A stretch of 64,000 bases of DNA. Origin: Magallana gigas (taxonomy: Eukaryota). Where the stretch lies: positions 23,560,001 to 23,624,000 of the forward strand of contig NC_088855.1 of the NCBI RefSeq assembly GCF_963853765.1, written 5' to 3'. Made by a program: the position numbers and the translations under genes. Positions 38,576-49,980 of this stretch are shown piece after piece. The notes under the pieces are model-generated. The model had not been told where the DNA came from and made no database searches. It saw only the letters and a list, made by a program, of their open reading frames with translations. Each line of letters starts with the position of its first letter. Position 1 is the first letter of the stretch.

Positions 38576-41096
38576 CATTATATTTTGCTACAATTTCAAC
38601 AAATTGTACGTTTACTATTGAAAAGAAATCTGATGCCGTGTTCTTGGTATTCGAGACAACGGGAGGAATCAGAATTTGGGATATCGAAGTTCAATTGTAC
38701 AAGTACACGCGTACGTAAAAGTGCCAAAATAAATTCAATAAACCAAATGGAGGAGAGATACTACTACTAAATACAGTATATAAGATGTTTTTGTTGACAA
38801 ATTGTGTCATTTGTAAATCACCTAGGTCATTCATATTGTTCACATTGTTTATACAACACATCCATCTTTTATTCTCTTGTTATAGGGCCTATTTTCAGGT
38901 TATATGTTTCATTTTTATCGCTTAAAATTTGCCATTATTGTTTATTGATGTTTTTTAATTGTATATGACGTATCATTCAATGTTTTAAAACATTACACGT
39001 CACTCATTGAAGTATGAATTTGTTTTAATAAAACGTAATGAATGTATATAGTCTTACACAACATGTCATGTGTGGATTTGGTTTTGCTGAAAGTCCCCTT
39101 GTGTGAAGAGAGGCAATAAATAGCCCCTCATACCGCAGTCAAAATTTAAACAGTGACTTTTTAAATGTGACTTTTTCTTGCTAGTCATAAATTGTAATTG
39201 TAAAGAAGTAATCCGGAAGTGAACAGGTCTTGTTTCCCACTCAAACAAAACAAGTGTGCCTAACAGTATGCATAAATTTACGCAAATATCGTAAATGATG
39301 AATGCTTCTTATTGATTATTAATAAAAAAATAAATAAATCAGATATCTGAACATTGATTATTTATAAAAATAAATCAGGGACGTATATATATACTAACGG
39401 GGTTAGTATACGTCCTGTCAGTTTCTATAAAGCTAACAATAATTTTCCGTAAGAAATAGAGGGAATCATACCCGGTTGATGTAAATGTAATGAGATAGTT
39501 TCCATGAACTAAAATAATAATTAATGTTAAGGTAATTATCGTCATATAAAAAAACCTTTTAACGTCAGGCGCCTGTGGATTAAGCTCAAAGACTATCAAA
39601 TCCCCCGGTCCAAGAACTTATATCCCTGGGACACAGGTTGAGTCCACTATCTGCCCCCTCCACACCCCCCCCCCCTTGTTTCTAGACGGTTCATGCATCC
39701 CAATCCCTGTACATCCCATTGCAATTTAGACGATAGGGAATTGGTCTTGCTTGGAAGCTGAAGAAGGAAAGATGAATTGAGTACCTTTAAGCTTAAATTT
39801 TACCATGATACATTATTTATTTTCCAAGATACTGGGTCAGTTAATTTTTAATTTCAAGCTTTGGGATCAGCTTGTGTGTGTGTGTGGGTTTTTCTTCAAT
39901 GTAGAACATCCACTTTTCACTATTTCACATACAATGTAACATGATACTTGTAGTTATGAATACATTTAGTTACAAATATCTGTCTGAAGTTTAAATGCAA
40001 ATCTTTTTTTTTAAATTCTTTCCGTCTTAAAAATACAAGAACCGGTGAAATATGGTTTTGAATTGCGGAACACCAAAAAAAAAAAGAAGAGAAGATCTTT
40101 TAAAGAGGTCCACGATTCACATCTCTCACCAGAATCAACAATTTGATCTGAAGGAAGTGTATAAATAGCTGTATTTTTTTTTATAGTTTTATTGTAATAC
40201 ATGTATCTTTATGACATTTAAAGCAATACAATGGCAAGTCTAAACTATATGCAAACCAACAACGTTTAAAGTTTTCTTCCGCTTCTTTCTACTTGCAATG
40301 ATTTCGGTGCTGCTGCGCTTGCTGCACGTATGCTGTATGCTTTGATGCATGTTCCACAAAGGGTCTATACTATGAGCAAAAGTTAAAATGCGCATGCAAC
40401 ATCAAAGACAAAGGCAACTTATCTTGCCCAATTTCAATCTACTGGAGAACCATTTTCTCAAGAGGTCACTTCTTTGCATTTAAATATTCTAAAAAGAATC
40501 CGTTGCGTCTAATCAGCTTTGAGACTTGAAACAAATGGTGGTCCACAACTCACAAGATACGCCGTGGACAATGTTTTCCTTTGTCCTGAGTAGTTTGGCG
40601 TAATGACATCATTTTCAATGGTAACCATCTACTAAAAAAACAACCGCTAATAGCATAGTTTGATTTCTGATGAGCAAGGCTTCTCAAGATATTTGAAACA
40701 ACAGCAAAATATAGAGTGGATTGATTTGTATAATAACGTGTCCATAATAGGTTGACATAATAAGAATAATGAAGACAAATAAGAAGACATACAATAGAAG
40801 CAAACTTCTGTTCACACAAAAAAAACAAGATTCCCTAAAAAAAAAATATTTTGTCCTTCTTCAAAATTTACTTCAATATCTACTTCCATTGTAGGTATCT
40901 TTGTCATTCTTAGTAAGCTAAATAATGTTCTTGCCATCATACCAGAAGCTTTTTCGTACATAACCTGTTCACAGTCAAAACCATACAAATTTAATGTGAA
41001 AAAATGAGTTTATTAATGAATACAATGTGGTAGCTTTCTAAGTTTAAGTGTCCAATCTTGATTGCACTATTGTAGAAAAATAACGAGGTCGTCAAT

Positions 41097-43163
41097 TCAA
41101 GTAACATTTTCAACATCAGTCACATCTGCATCCTCTAATTTTTCAAGATGGTCCTTTAAAGTTTGAATGCTCTCTTTCTTTTGCTTTAACCTTTCATTAA
41201 GTTCTTGGATTTCATATCTTATTTTCGTTTTGGCTGACAGTATTTTTTCCAAGGTCTTCTCCTTCTTTTCTTCAACTTCAACAAAAATGAAATAAGTGGA
41301 ACAGATTAATTACAAGGATAATGGGAGAAAAATTTGAATGAATATTTTAAACAATCAAACCAGAGAGAAAAAGAATGTAAGGTAAAAAATGATACTTTTA
41401 GTATTTAAATTAGAACCCACATTTATTTGTATCAAAGATGCAACCTTAATAAAAATCATAAGGACAGAAAACTTTAATCCATCTTTCTGGAGAAAATTAG
41501 ATACAATATTATACAAGCCTGTGGTAAGTTATTTACAAAAATACTTGTACATTGTACTTACAGTCTGTTTCGTGTTTATATGCTCCTATTGCCACAGGCC
41601 GTGTACTGTTTAGTAATTGCTGCATCATTGCTGTTGGGTCTTGAAAAACCTGAAAACAAGACACGGAGTTATCACTTAAAATATTATTGTCATACACCCT
41701 AGGCCAGTCTCACATTCACTCACAGATGGTAGGCCAACTCATTGAAATTTCCTAGTTTTCATAAATACATGTATATATTTTTTTCTTGTTTCAACAAGGA
41801 AAATTCCAACTAAAAATGAATGATACTTACTATTTCATCATAGTACTCAGCAACAAGAGATTTCTTTCCTAACATAATATCAGTTTCACTTTGGAAGAGT
41901 TTCAGCAAATGGTAAATTGTCACCTAAAAAGAATCAAAATCTTTATTTCTGAATCTTGAGAATAAAAGTAGAGCACATTACAAAAGGTTGTACATGTACT
42001 GCAATAATCGAGAAGCAATACATTTTAGTGTTTTGGAATACCCTAATAATACAAATGTACATGTAGCTTTTAAAATTCCTTTAAAAAAATAGTATGCACA
42101 TTGTGTTTCATGCCATGTTTGTTTTTCATCTATTCACACAAGGTGATCCTGGAGAATATTCAGTTAGTCCTGTTAGTCTGGAAGTCATTTTTAAAAGAAA
42201 CATCAATCAATTATTATAGCATAAGGAACATAACAAATCCAAAAAAAATATTTTACCGGTCTTTCATTGGGATCATTGAAATATATTTTGATGACCACTT
42301 CAAATTCACCCCAACCAGTCTCTGTAACTTCATAGGGAGGTTTGACAAGCACTGAAATAAAAAAAATATGAAATCAGTGTTGCTAAACCTTTTTCACAAA
42401 GGCACAAACAATAATATAAGACAATATTCACATCCATTAAGCATTTTCTCACGCATTTCTTAAGAGATGCAATTTCATTCATACAGCTACTAGGTACTAA
42501 CAAAACCAAATCAAGACTAGAGGTACTGTGAGCAAGCTCACAATTGATACCCCCCGCTAAGAAAAAAATCATAACGCGTGTATTTTTGCTATTATAGAAA
42601 ATATTGGATGAATCTATTTCACTGTCCATTTTCTATAAATAACAACTGCTTTATTTTTGAAAACTGTTAATTTTTAGCTTCTAATATTTCCATTAATACA
42701 AGACATGACACAGACAGAATTAAGCTTTTTTGAAACAATGACCTTGAACTTTCTCAATCGACCTTGGGTCAAGGTCATGACACACCCTTTAATCATAAGC
42801 AATCTTTGTGTGAAGTAAGAACTTCCAATGTTTCCCCATAAGAAAGATATGGACTGGACACGAATTTTGCACTTTTTCTGCCAGTGACCTTGACCTTGCC
42901 CGAATGACCTTGGGTCAAGGTCATGACACACCCTTAGGTCATAAGCAATCTTTGTGTGAAGTAAGAACTTCCAATGTTTTCCCATAAGAAAGATATGGAC
43001 CGGACACGAATTTTGCACTTTTTCTGGCAGTGACCTTGACCTTGCCCGAATGACCTTGGGTCAAGGTCATGACACACCCTTAGGTCATAAGCAATCTTTG
43101 TGTGAAGTAAGAACTTCCAATGTTTCTCCATAAGAAAGATATAGACCGGACACGATTGCACAG

Positions 43164-43197
<34 letters not shown>

Positions 43198-44231
43198 AGA
43201 TAGACAGACGGACGGACGGACAAGGTGATTCCTATATACCCCCCCAAACTTTGTTTGCGGGGGGTATAATAAAACCAGTTCAAATCTAACATGAATAAAT
43301 ATATATCTACGTTCAAAACATACCTCTATTTGGGTTTGGGTAACTTTCATGAAGTTTGAAGTTGATTTTTTTCACATAGGTAGAAAGATCCTATAAAATA
43401 ACATCAAGACAATGATTATAATATAAAAGTTCTAAAACATAAATGTAACCGTCAACATCCCTTTCAATATCAGTATAGTAGTTGATTTTTTTTATCATAC
43501 TGATACAATAAACAAAATTCTGAAACAGTGCATAATTAGTACAATGGTAAGGTATCTTAACGTTTAAAGTACCTCGTTTTTGTAAGGTTTGACGTATACC
43601 GTCCACTGATGAGTGTGTCCATCCTCATCGCGTTTCTTTCCAAAGTAGCGAGAAATATTTCCATAAATCACTGGCTTAACAATTGTCAGACCCTTCAAAA
43701 TAATCACATCAAAATCAAATGCACATGAAATGTGTCGAGTATACAGGTGCACAGACAGGCAAAACTAATCTGAAATTCTGTTGATCCTTAGAAGTAGATG
43801 GTGAGATTTGTAGTATAGAGCATGTGGTCTTCCTTTGTATTAAATACATTAGGCTGTACATTAATTATTTAAGGGGGTAAATAAGAAGAGATATGCACAC
43901 CTAAAAATATATAACTAAAATATTTGTTAATGCTAGAGCCAACCAATCCCAAAATTTCAGGTGATAAGCTCTGATAATGCAACCAATGTAAACACTGCCC
44001 CTCCCCTTTCCTACCTAATTTTGTTACACTACTGCAATCTTATTTTATCATGGTTTCTACTGTATTAAATTAAATGTAGTTCAAACATGATATCAAAAAA
44101 CGTTTACAATGAACAATTCTAAATTTTTGCATACTGCAATAATGTGATAAATTATTTTATTGCACTACATGTATATTGAATTTTAAATGTACCTTCATGC
44201 GTCCTCCAGAATCTGGGCCAAATTCTGCCAT
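41097..44231 (-). CDS. YEATS4: YEATS domain-containing protein 4 (GAS41), 226 aa
   Basis: Exons 44231-44193, 43692-43573, 43390-43324, 42351-42257, 41923-41831, 41649-41562, 41275-41097. Total 681 nt, in frame. Near-identical to GAS41 motifs [67 protein letters not shown], plus a C-terminal coiled coil. Confidence 0.97.
42516..43274 (-). mobile_element. Non-autonomous Helentron/HINE (DINE-1/pearl-like) in YEATS4 intron 3
   Basis: Minus-strand 5' end TTTTATTATACCCCCC..GGGGGGGTATA (subTIR/IR hairpin), then a CCGT/CTGT microsatellite and 146-bp tandem repeats. The 3' end has GGGGGGTATC, the hairpin TGTGAGCTTGCTCACA and terminal CTAGT. Confidence 0.85.
42739..43150. repeat. 146-bp satellite-like tandem repeat (about 2.7 copies) inside the HINE
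   Basis: The (T/C)GACCTTGGGTCAAGGTCATGACACACCC block recurs at 42759, 42905 and 43051. Confidence 0.92.
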
Positions 44232-44367
44232 TTTGCTAGTCTTGTTCTTTAAAACCCCATGAATGGCCCCTGATAAAAGAGAATCTGAGGACTGTTATAA
44301 TTTTAAAATTCTGACTTAAGTAGCAAAATTTATTTCATTGCTTATTATGCTATGCTATTATTATGCA

Positions 44368-44482
44368 TGCAGGTCAGGTACATTCTTTCTGTCCATCTTC
44401 CCTGCGTTGTACCAGGGTTAGTAGATACGTCCCTGGTTGAACCACCTCGAGGTCTTTCAGAATCCACAGAGTCTTGAGACAC
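44368..44482 (+). pseudogene. Degenerate duplicate of receptor-kinase exon 12 (activation-loop/APE exon)
   Basis: 44389-44409 (CTGTCCATCTTCCCTGCGTTG) is identical to 37490-37510. After a 30-nt insertion the similarity resumes (CGAGGTC..CAGAATCCAC.GAGTCT.GAGACA versus 37520-37553). The acceptor CAG|GTCA is also retained. Confidence 0.85.
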
Positions 44483-45400
44483 TGTGTGTAAATCGCGTGT
44501 CTCCTGACCAACAGACCAGTCAACATGGTCAACAATACATATAAACTAATGTATACAAATTGTCGAATAACCTGTTCTGGGGAACACATTTTACTGATTC
44601 GTTTCTGTCAGAACAAATAGGCCTATTCTTCGGGATGATTTTCTAAGCATTCTATTCTAAGGTAACAGTAAAAATAATAAATAATTGAATCCAAATGCAT
44701 ACCCACCAAATTCAAATCAATGTTTTTTCCCGACTTTAAAGCCATGTATTAATTTTGCCAGCGTAAAACGCCCGATTGATTATGATGAGTTTTAGGCGGT
44801 ACGTTGATATACCCCAAATAGATATGATAGACCTAAATGGAAACATACAAACCCAAAAAGAAAACGTGATAAAATTCGAATTATGCATTGTGTATGGATT
44901 TTGTTTATCTGATTTGATAGAATATAATAAAAATTCAAAAGGGCATAGTTATAATATCCCATCTGATCAGATAAAATATATTGGTACCAAACTAGAGCAA
45001 AGCTTGTTGAAAGGCAACGAGTAGGCATTCCGTTTTAAAAGGCACGGTATTTCATATAATTTATTTTGCAAAAGATGATGCTATAGTTTAGATCTTTTGT
45101 CTTAAATAGTGGTATAATGACCAAATCAGACCATATGACATTTGCATAAAGTAACTCTTGCTGCGAATTATTGGTCGTGTTTTAAACATTAATTTTATTC
45201 CGGTGTTTACAATTTCACATACCTACAAATATTAATGCGACTGGGTATTTATAAGATGTGTTTTATTCAATGCGCATATCTAATTTTGAATATTATGAGA
45301 TTATTTCTACTTAGAACTTGTGATATTATAAGATTAAACAAGAAAAGATTTGGTTTACCCCATATCCAAGATGTTCGAGTTTTAAATTTTTTTACACTGT

Positions 45401-45490
45401 CATCTTCGCTAGCCAAGGGTTTCTGATCCACATCGCTTATTCTCACGAACAGAAGCGGTGCGGATCAGAAACCCTTGGCTAGCGAAGATG
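45401..45490. mobile_element. 90-bp micro-MITE with 29-bp perfect TIRs and a 9-bp TSD (MULE/Merlin-like)
   Basis: TIR CATCTTCGCTAGCCAAGGGTTTCTGATCC at 45401-45429 and its reverse complement at 45462-45490. TTACACTGT is duplicated at 45392-45400 and 45491-45499. Confidence 0.85.
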
Positions 45491-47987
45491 TTACACTGTG
45501 CGCTTAGCCGAACACTGTTAAAATCAAAGTTAAACTCACTGAACTTGTTAAGAAAACTGGCGAGTATGGTGCAAGTGTTGCATAACTATTCCGTCATTAG
45601 AAAAAAGAAAAGAAAAACACACTCATAAACATGAATAAATAATTAAAGAGATTAAATTGTATGTGATAACTAACGAAGAATAATCATGAAAGTAATATAA
45701 TTACTGTAATAATATAAGCAATAGTCATTAGTGAAAAATTGTTAATCGAAGAATGACCTATATTTTCGTGAAAAAGATAGCGTAGGAATATGAATACTTC
45801 ACATTTATATTTCTTTGAAAAGGGGGATTTTTAAAAATAATTGTACGTTAATTTTGTTTTCTTTCACGTAATAAATAAACATTGATATCCTAAACATTTG
45901 TTATTATGTTGTATCTGCTGATGATGAATGGAACTATATTTTTAGCGCAATTGTGTACCCAGGGACGTATATACTATCCTGGTGTACCTGAATCTTGAAT
46001 AGATATTAGGCACTGATCGAATATACTAAAGAAATGTCTACCTTTGATGAATTAGAATGTTAATACTGTAGTAAATAAATACGTTTACGATATATGCATA
46101 ATATAGTAAAACGAGGACAGGTTTTAATACACAGCACATAACAGAAAAGTCTACGGAAATGTTGCATTGTAAACGACATAAAAAGTACCCGGATGATTGA
46201 AAGTGCGAGGTGCCTCGAGTACACCCGAATGGAGAAAGATGTACATACATATTTCCCATTATAAATTCATTTTCGTTCATGATAATATATATCCGGGTAA
46301 AAAGGAGAAGTTAAAAAAAAATCTTTGATTTTTCCCTTGTACCGATTTCAACTGTCCTTTTTTTTTTGACAAGTATAAAAATTTTCGTAAAAATTCATCA
46401 AGAAGTGATGGAAACAGTAAAAATATTTTGGCAAATCTTTTTTTTAAATCCCTATTTCATTTTTTATTTTAGCGTATTCTTTTAACAGTTTAAAAGAAAC
46501 ATTCATGAACATGTTTATATTGCTACAAAGATTAATTCATTTTTACAGGTCCCTTGAATTCCTCTTTTGGAGTAACGATTTCTGGTGTCATTACAGTATT
46601 TCACTGAAGGTCAAAACAAGGCTGAGGCAAAATAATTCCTGAATTTTCCTTTGAATTTGGAGCGTTTCCACACGCAACAGGGGCTGATTTTTTTATGTGA
46701 TGAAAAACAATGTGTAAGAGGTCTAACTATCCCAGTTTTTTTTAATAATGCGAGGTCATTTGAATTTTTGATGCGTGTTGTTTCCGGAGGGGGATGAAAA
46801 GGCCCGGGCTTGATTTTCAAGCACATGTGTAACTTCGAGGTAAACAAAGTCTCACGCCTTGCTGGATGCACGTGTGTATTTTGCTAGAAAATTGTAAATG
46901 AAGCGTTGTTTTAAAAAATGTCAAGAGGATTTATTCCAGAAGTTCGTTTTGAATTTTTAATCTGTATGTAAAGTTGTGCAATTTTGGTAAGAATATATAG
47001 TAAAATTTAATAATGTAGTCAGAGACTTAAATAACAATGTTATTTATGTCTCTGCTATAGTGCATCTTTCTATACGGTATGAGTTGTCTGAGGTACAAGT
47101 TATCTAGCACTCACTGTCTGGAACAATCGTACCTTCATTTGCAAAAGAGTGATATTACGGAGTTCGAATAAGGTATTTTTTAGGTAAAATATAGTTTTTA
47201 TGATGTTGCAAATTATAGAGCATATTTTCTTTGCATCATAAGATTATTGTATTAGTTAACTAAATGACACGCATATGATGTTATTTTTATGAATGTTTCA
47301 TTGTCTGATACATCGTTTTCTTCATCATACATTCGTTTAAACAGAAAACTGGTTGCTCATTTAATACAGTAGTAACAGTACTAAACTATAGAAAAATGAA
47401 AGTAAAACAATTCGATGAATTTCAAATATACAAGGGACTGATTGTTACTTGGATAGCTTAAGTTAAGACGGTCAGCAAATGTGAAATCAGTTTTCTTGAC
47501 AATCAACCAAGACAACAAATTCTATGTGAAACTTTTTGAATTAAAAATTGATTTAACATGTATTATACAAAACCTTTTGGATGCATTTGCTTTTAGCCAT
47601 TTTTTGTAAAAATGAAGAAAAGAAATTGACACATAATTTTTCAAAAGATTGTGTATATAATTATATGAAATACACTTCTTGGAGTACTTGTTTTATTGGG
47701 AAACATGATGTGCTTTTTGTTCAGAAAGACATAATCCGAAAGGAATGAAAAATTATTCCCATCTAATAGATAAAATATGACATAGGTATTTAACCACCAA
47801 ATGAGGATCAAAACACCAAAGGGGGGGGGGGGGGTGCCCAACCTGTCAGTGTTTCCAACTTATTATGTAATGTCTTAATATATGCCGTGGATAATATATG
47901 CAGATTGCATTGTACACCCTTTTGTACACCTTTTTCTTGAGGAAACTTCATAAGCCAAACATGCTATCAGTCCTTGATTTTTACTTA

Positions 47988-48164
47988 TACAGTCAAACTT
48001 TGTTATTTCAAACTAGAGGGGACTGTATAAAAACTTTGAGATATCCAAGTATTTGAGATATTGAGGGTAAAATCTTGAAAAAAAGTGGTTGGGACTTACA
48101 AATCGCTTCGACATATCCATTGTATTCAAAATATCAGGGTTCGAGACATTTAAGTTCAACTGTA
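47988..48164. mobile_element. TA-flanked MITE (TACAGT..ACTGTA type)
   Basis: TIR TACAGTCAAAC / GTTCAACTGTA. Homologous in inverted orientation to 53085-53256; the two spurious ORFs share VQLN..ILN..MSK. Confidence 0.75.
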
Positions 48165-49282
48165 CATTATCTAGAATTTTTTTAAATGGAAGTTTCTTGT
48201 TTGTCTTGTACCACATATAACTGTCCTAGCTTTAATGTTTCTTAGTTATATGTGCTTACAGAGAGGGTATAAACACAATTGTTTTATGATTTCATTAGTA
48301 CAGTATCCATGGCAACTAAGAAACTTTTACTAACATACATGGTGATTTTCAAGAAAATGAATTTTGCACTTTTTAGTACAGTTTATTTTTTTTACTGCTT
48401 TTAAATCCACCAACTTGCTTGGGGTGCATCAAAGAATATTTAAAGGCTAGATAGACTTGGATGCTAAATCTGAGCCATAAATTTAAGATGCTGGAGGATT
48501 TTAAGGTATTGGAGCAGGTTAAAGTTTTTGGAGCAAGTGCCCTTTGATGATCACATCAAATTCATTACTGGTCATATTTTCACCAAACTTGCTTGGATAC
48601 CAGTGCATCTGGGGGTATTTAAGGACTAAGCATACTGAAATTACATAAATTTCAGTTGTTGGAGGAGGTTAGGAATTTGGAGCATGTTTATGCTGGTTCC
48701 ATATAAAGTATACTATGAAGATATGCATAACCATGGATGTGTAATGTAGTGGTAGCTATAGATACAGAGTTTGATCTTGATTATAGGTATCTGATTGCTA
48801 AGGCAGTTTCACTGTTTAGATTTTTGGAGTAGTTTTACACAGGTTTGAATGTTGTCTTAGCCCATTTTAGTCTCATAGTTCTATTGATATGCTATAAAGC
48901 TAGATTTGCTCTTCAGATACAGAGCCTGATCTTGATGCTAAATAATGATTTTAATCACAGTTGTTGTTTTTGCAGATAAATTTTACATATATCAGAAATG
49001 TGCATACACGTATTACACAATGTACTTGGATTTTGATTTTTGATTATTTATGAAAAAAATACGAGCTGTTGAACTCATTCATTTTCTCGCAGAGTATTAC
49101 ATAAAGGGGACTTCATTTCTCTGGGTAAGTAGTATTTATCAATTCAGGGTTGACAAATGGATTATGAATATGTTGTTCACACAAAAAATCTAGTTACTGA
49201 AATGATGAAAATGGCGTAGGGGCGGGTCAGTGGGCGGCTGCCAAAAGGGTACCCTTATTGTACAGAAAATAATACCATACAG

Positions 49283-49764
49283 GGTACCTCTATTGGATGG
49301 ACAACTCCTCCTTCACTTTTCAAGATAGGAAGTTGTCCTTTTGCAGATCAATTGTACATATATTAGAGGTGTGCATAGTGCTAGGATTTTGATTTTTGAT
49401 AATTTTTAAAGAAAATAGCAGCTTTTGAACTTAGTCATTTTTTGACAAAATATTGCAAATAGGTACCCCTATTGGACGGATAAATCCTCCTTCACTTTTC
49501 AAGATAGGAAGTTGTTCTTATACAGATCAGTTGTACATATATTAAAGGTGTGCATTTTGCTAGGATTTCGATTACTGATATTTTTTAAAGAAAATACAAG
49601 CTTTTGAACTTAGTCATTTTTTGGGCAAAATATTGCATATAGGGTACTCCATTTCTCTGGATACGGTAGGTAGTGTTTATCAATTCAGGGTTGGCATGGA
49701 TTATGGATACAGTTCACATAAAAGAAAACCCGGTTTGCTGTCACATTGACAGCGTTTCACTTGT
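49283..49764 (+). mobile_element. Helentron-type element with two about 179-bp satellite units (Cg170/BIV160-like, not confirmed); an older diverged copy lies at about 48960-49190
   Basis: GGTAC anchors at 49283, 49462 and 49643. Shared GCTTTTGAACTTAGTCATTTTTT. 3' hairpin GCTGTCA..TGACAGC (49737-49753) followed by CTTGT. Confidence 0.7.
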
Positions 49765-49842
49765 CTCTTGTTATATTGTAGTATGGATAATATCATTATG
49801 AAACAATATTAATTTTTTTCAAGTTGCTTTTTTTCTTTCCAG

Positions 49843-49980
49843 AAAGATGCCATAACAGTTTCATGTCCGTCATAAACTATGGTAGATTTTCCATGAACTT
49901 ATGTGCTGACATGATTGAGCAATATGTTTGGTGAGGAGCTCTAGAATAGTATCTTCAGTTCTCCAAACTTTATCTAAAAG
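49843..49980 (+). other. Probable non-coding 5' UTR exon of the M28B gene
   Basis: Strong acceptor ttttttctttccAG and perfect donor AAG|GTAAGT. No long ORF. Confidence 0.5.

Noticed and set aside
42674-43350. Three overlapping minus-strand ORFs of 78-138 aa with repeated peptides
   Set aside because: Translations of the 146-bp Helentron satellite and microsatellite; no Rep/helicase motifs.
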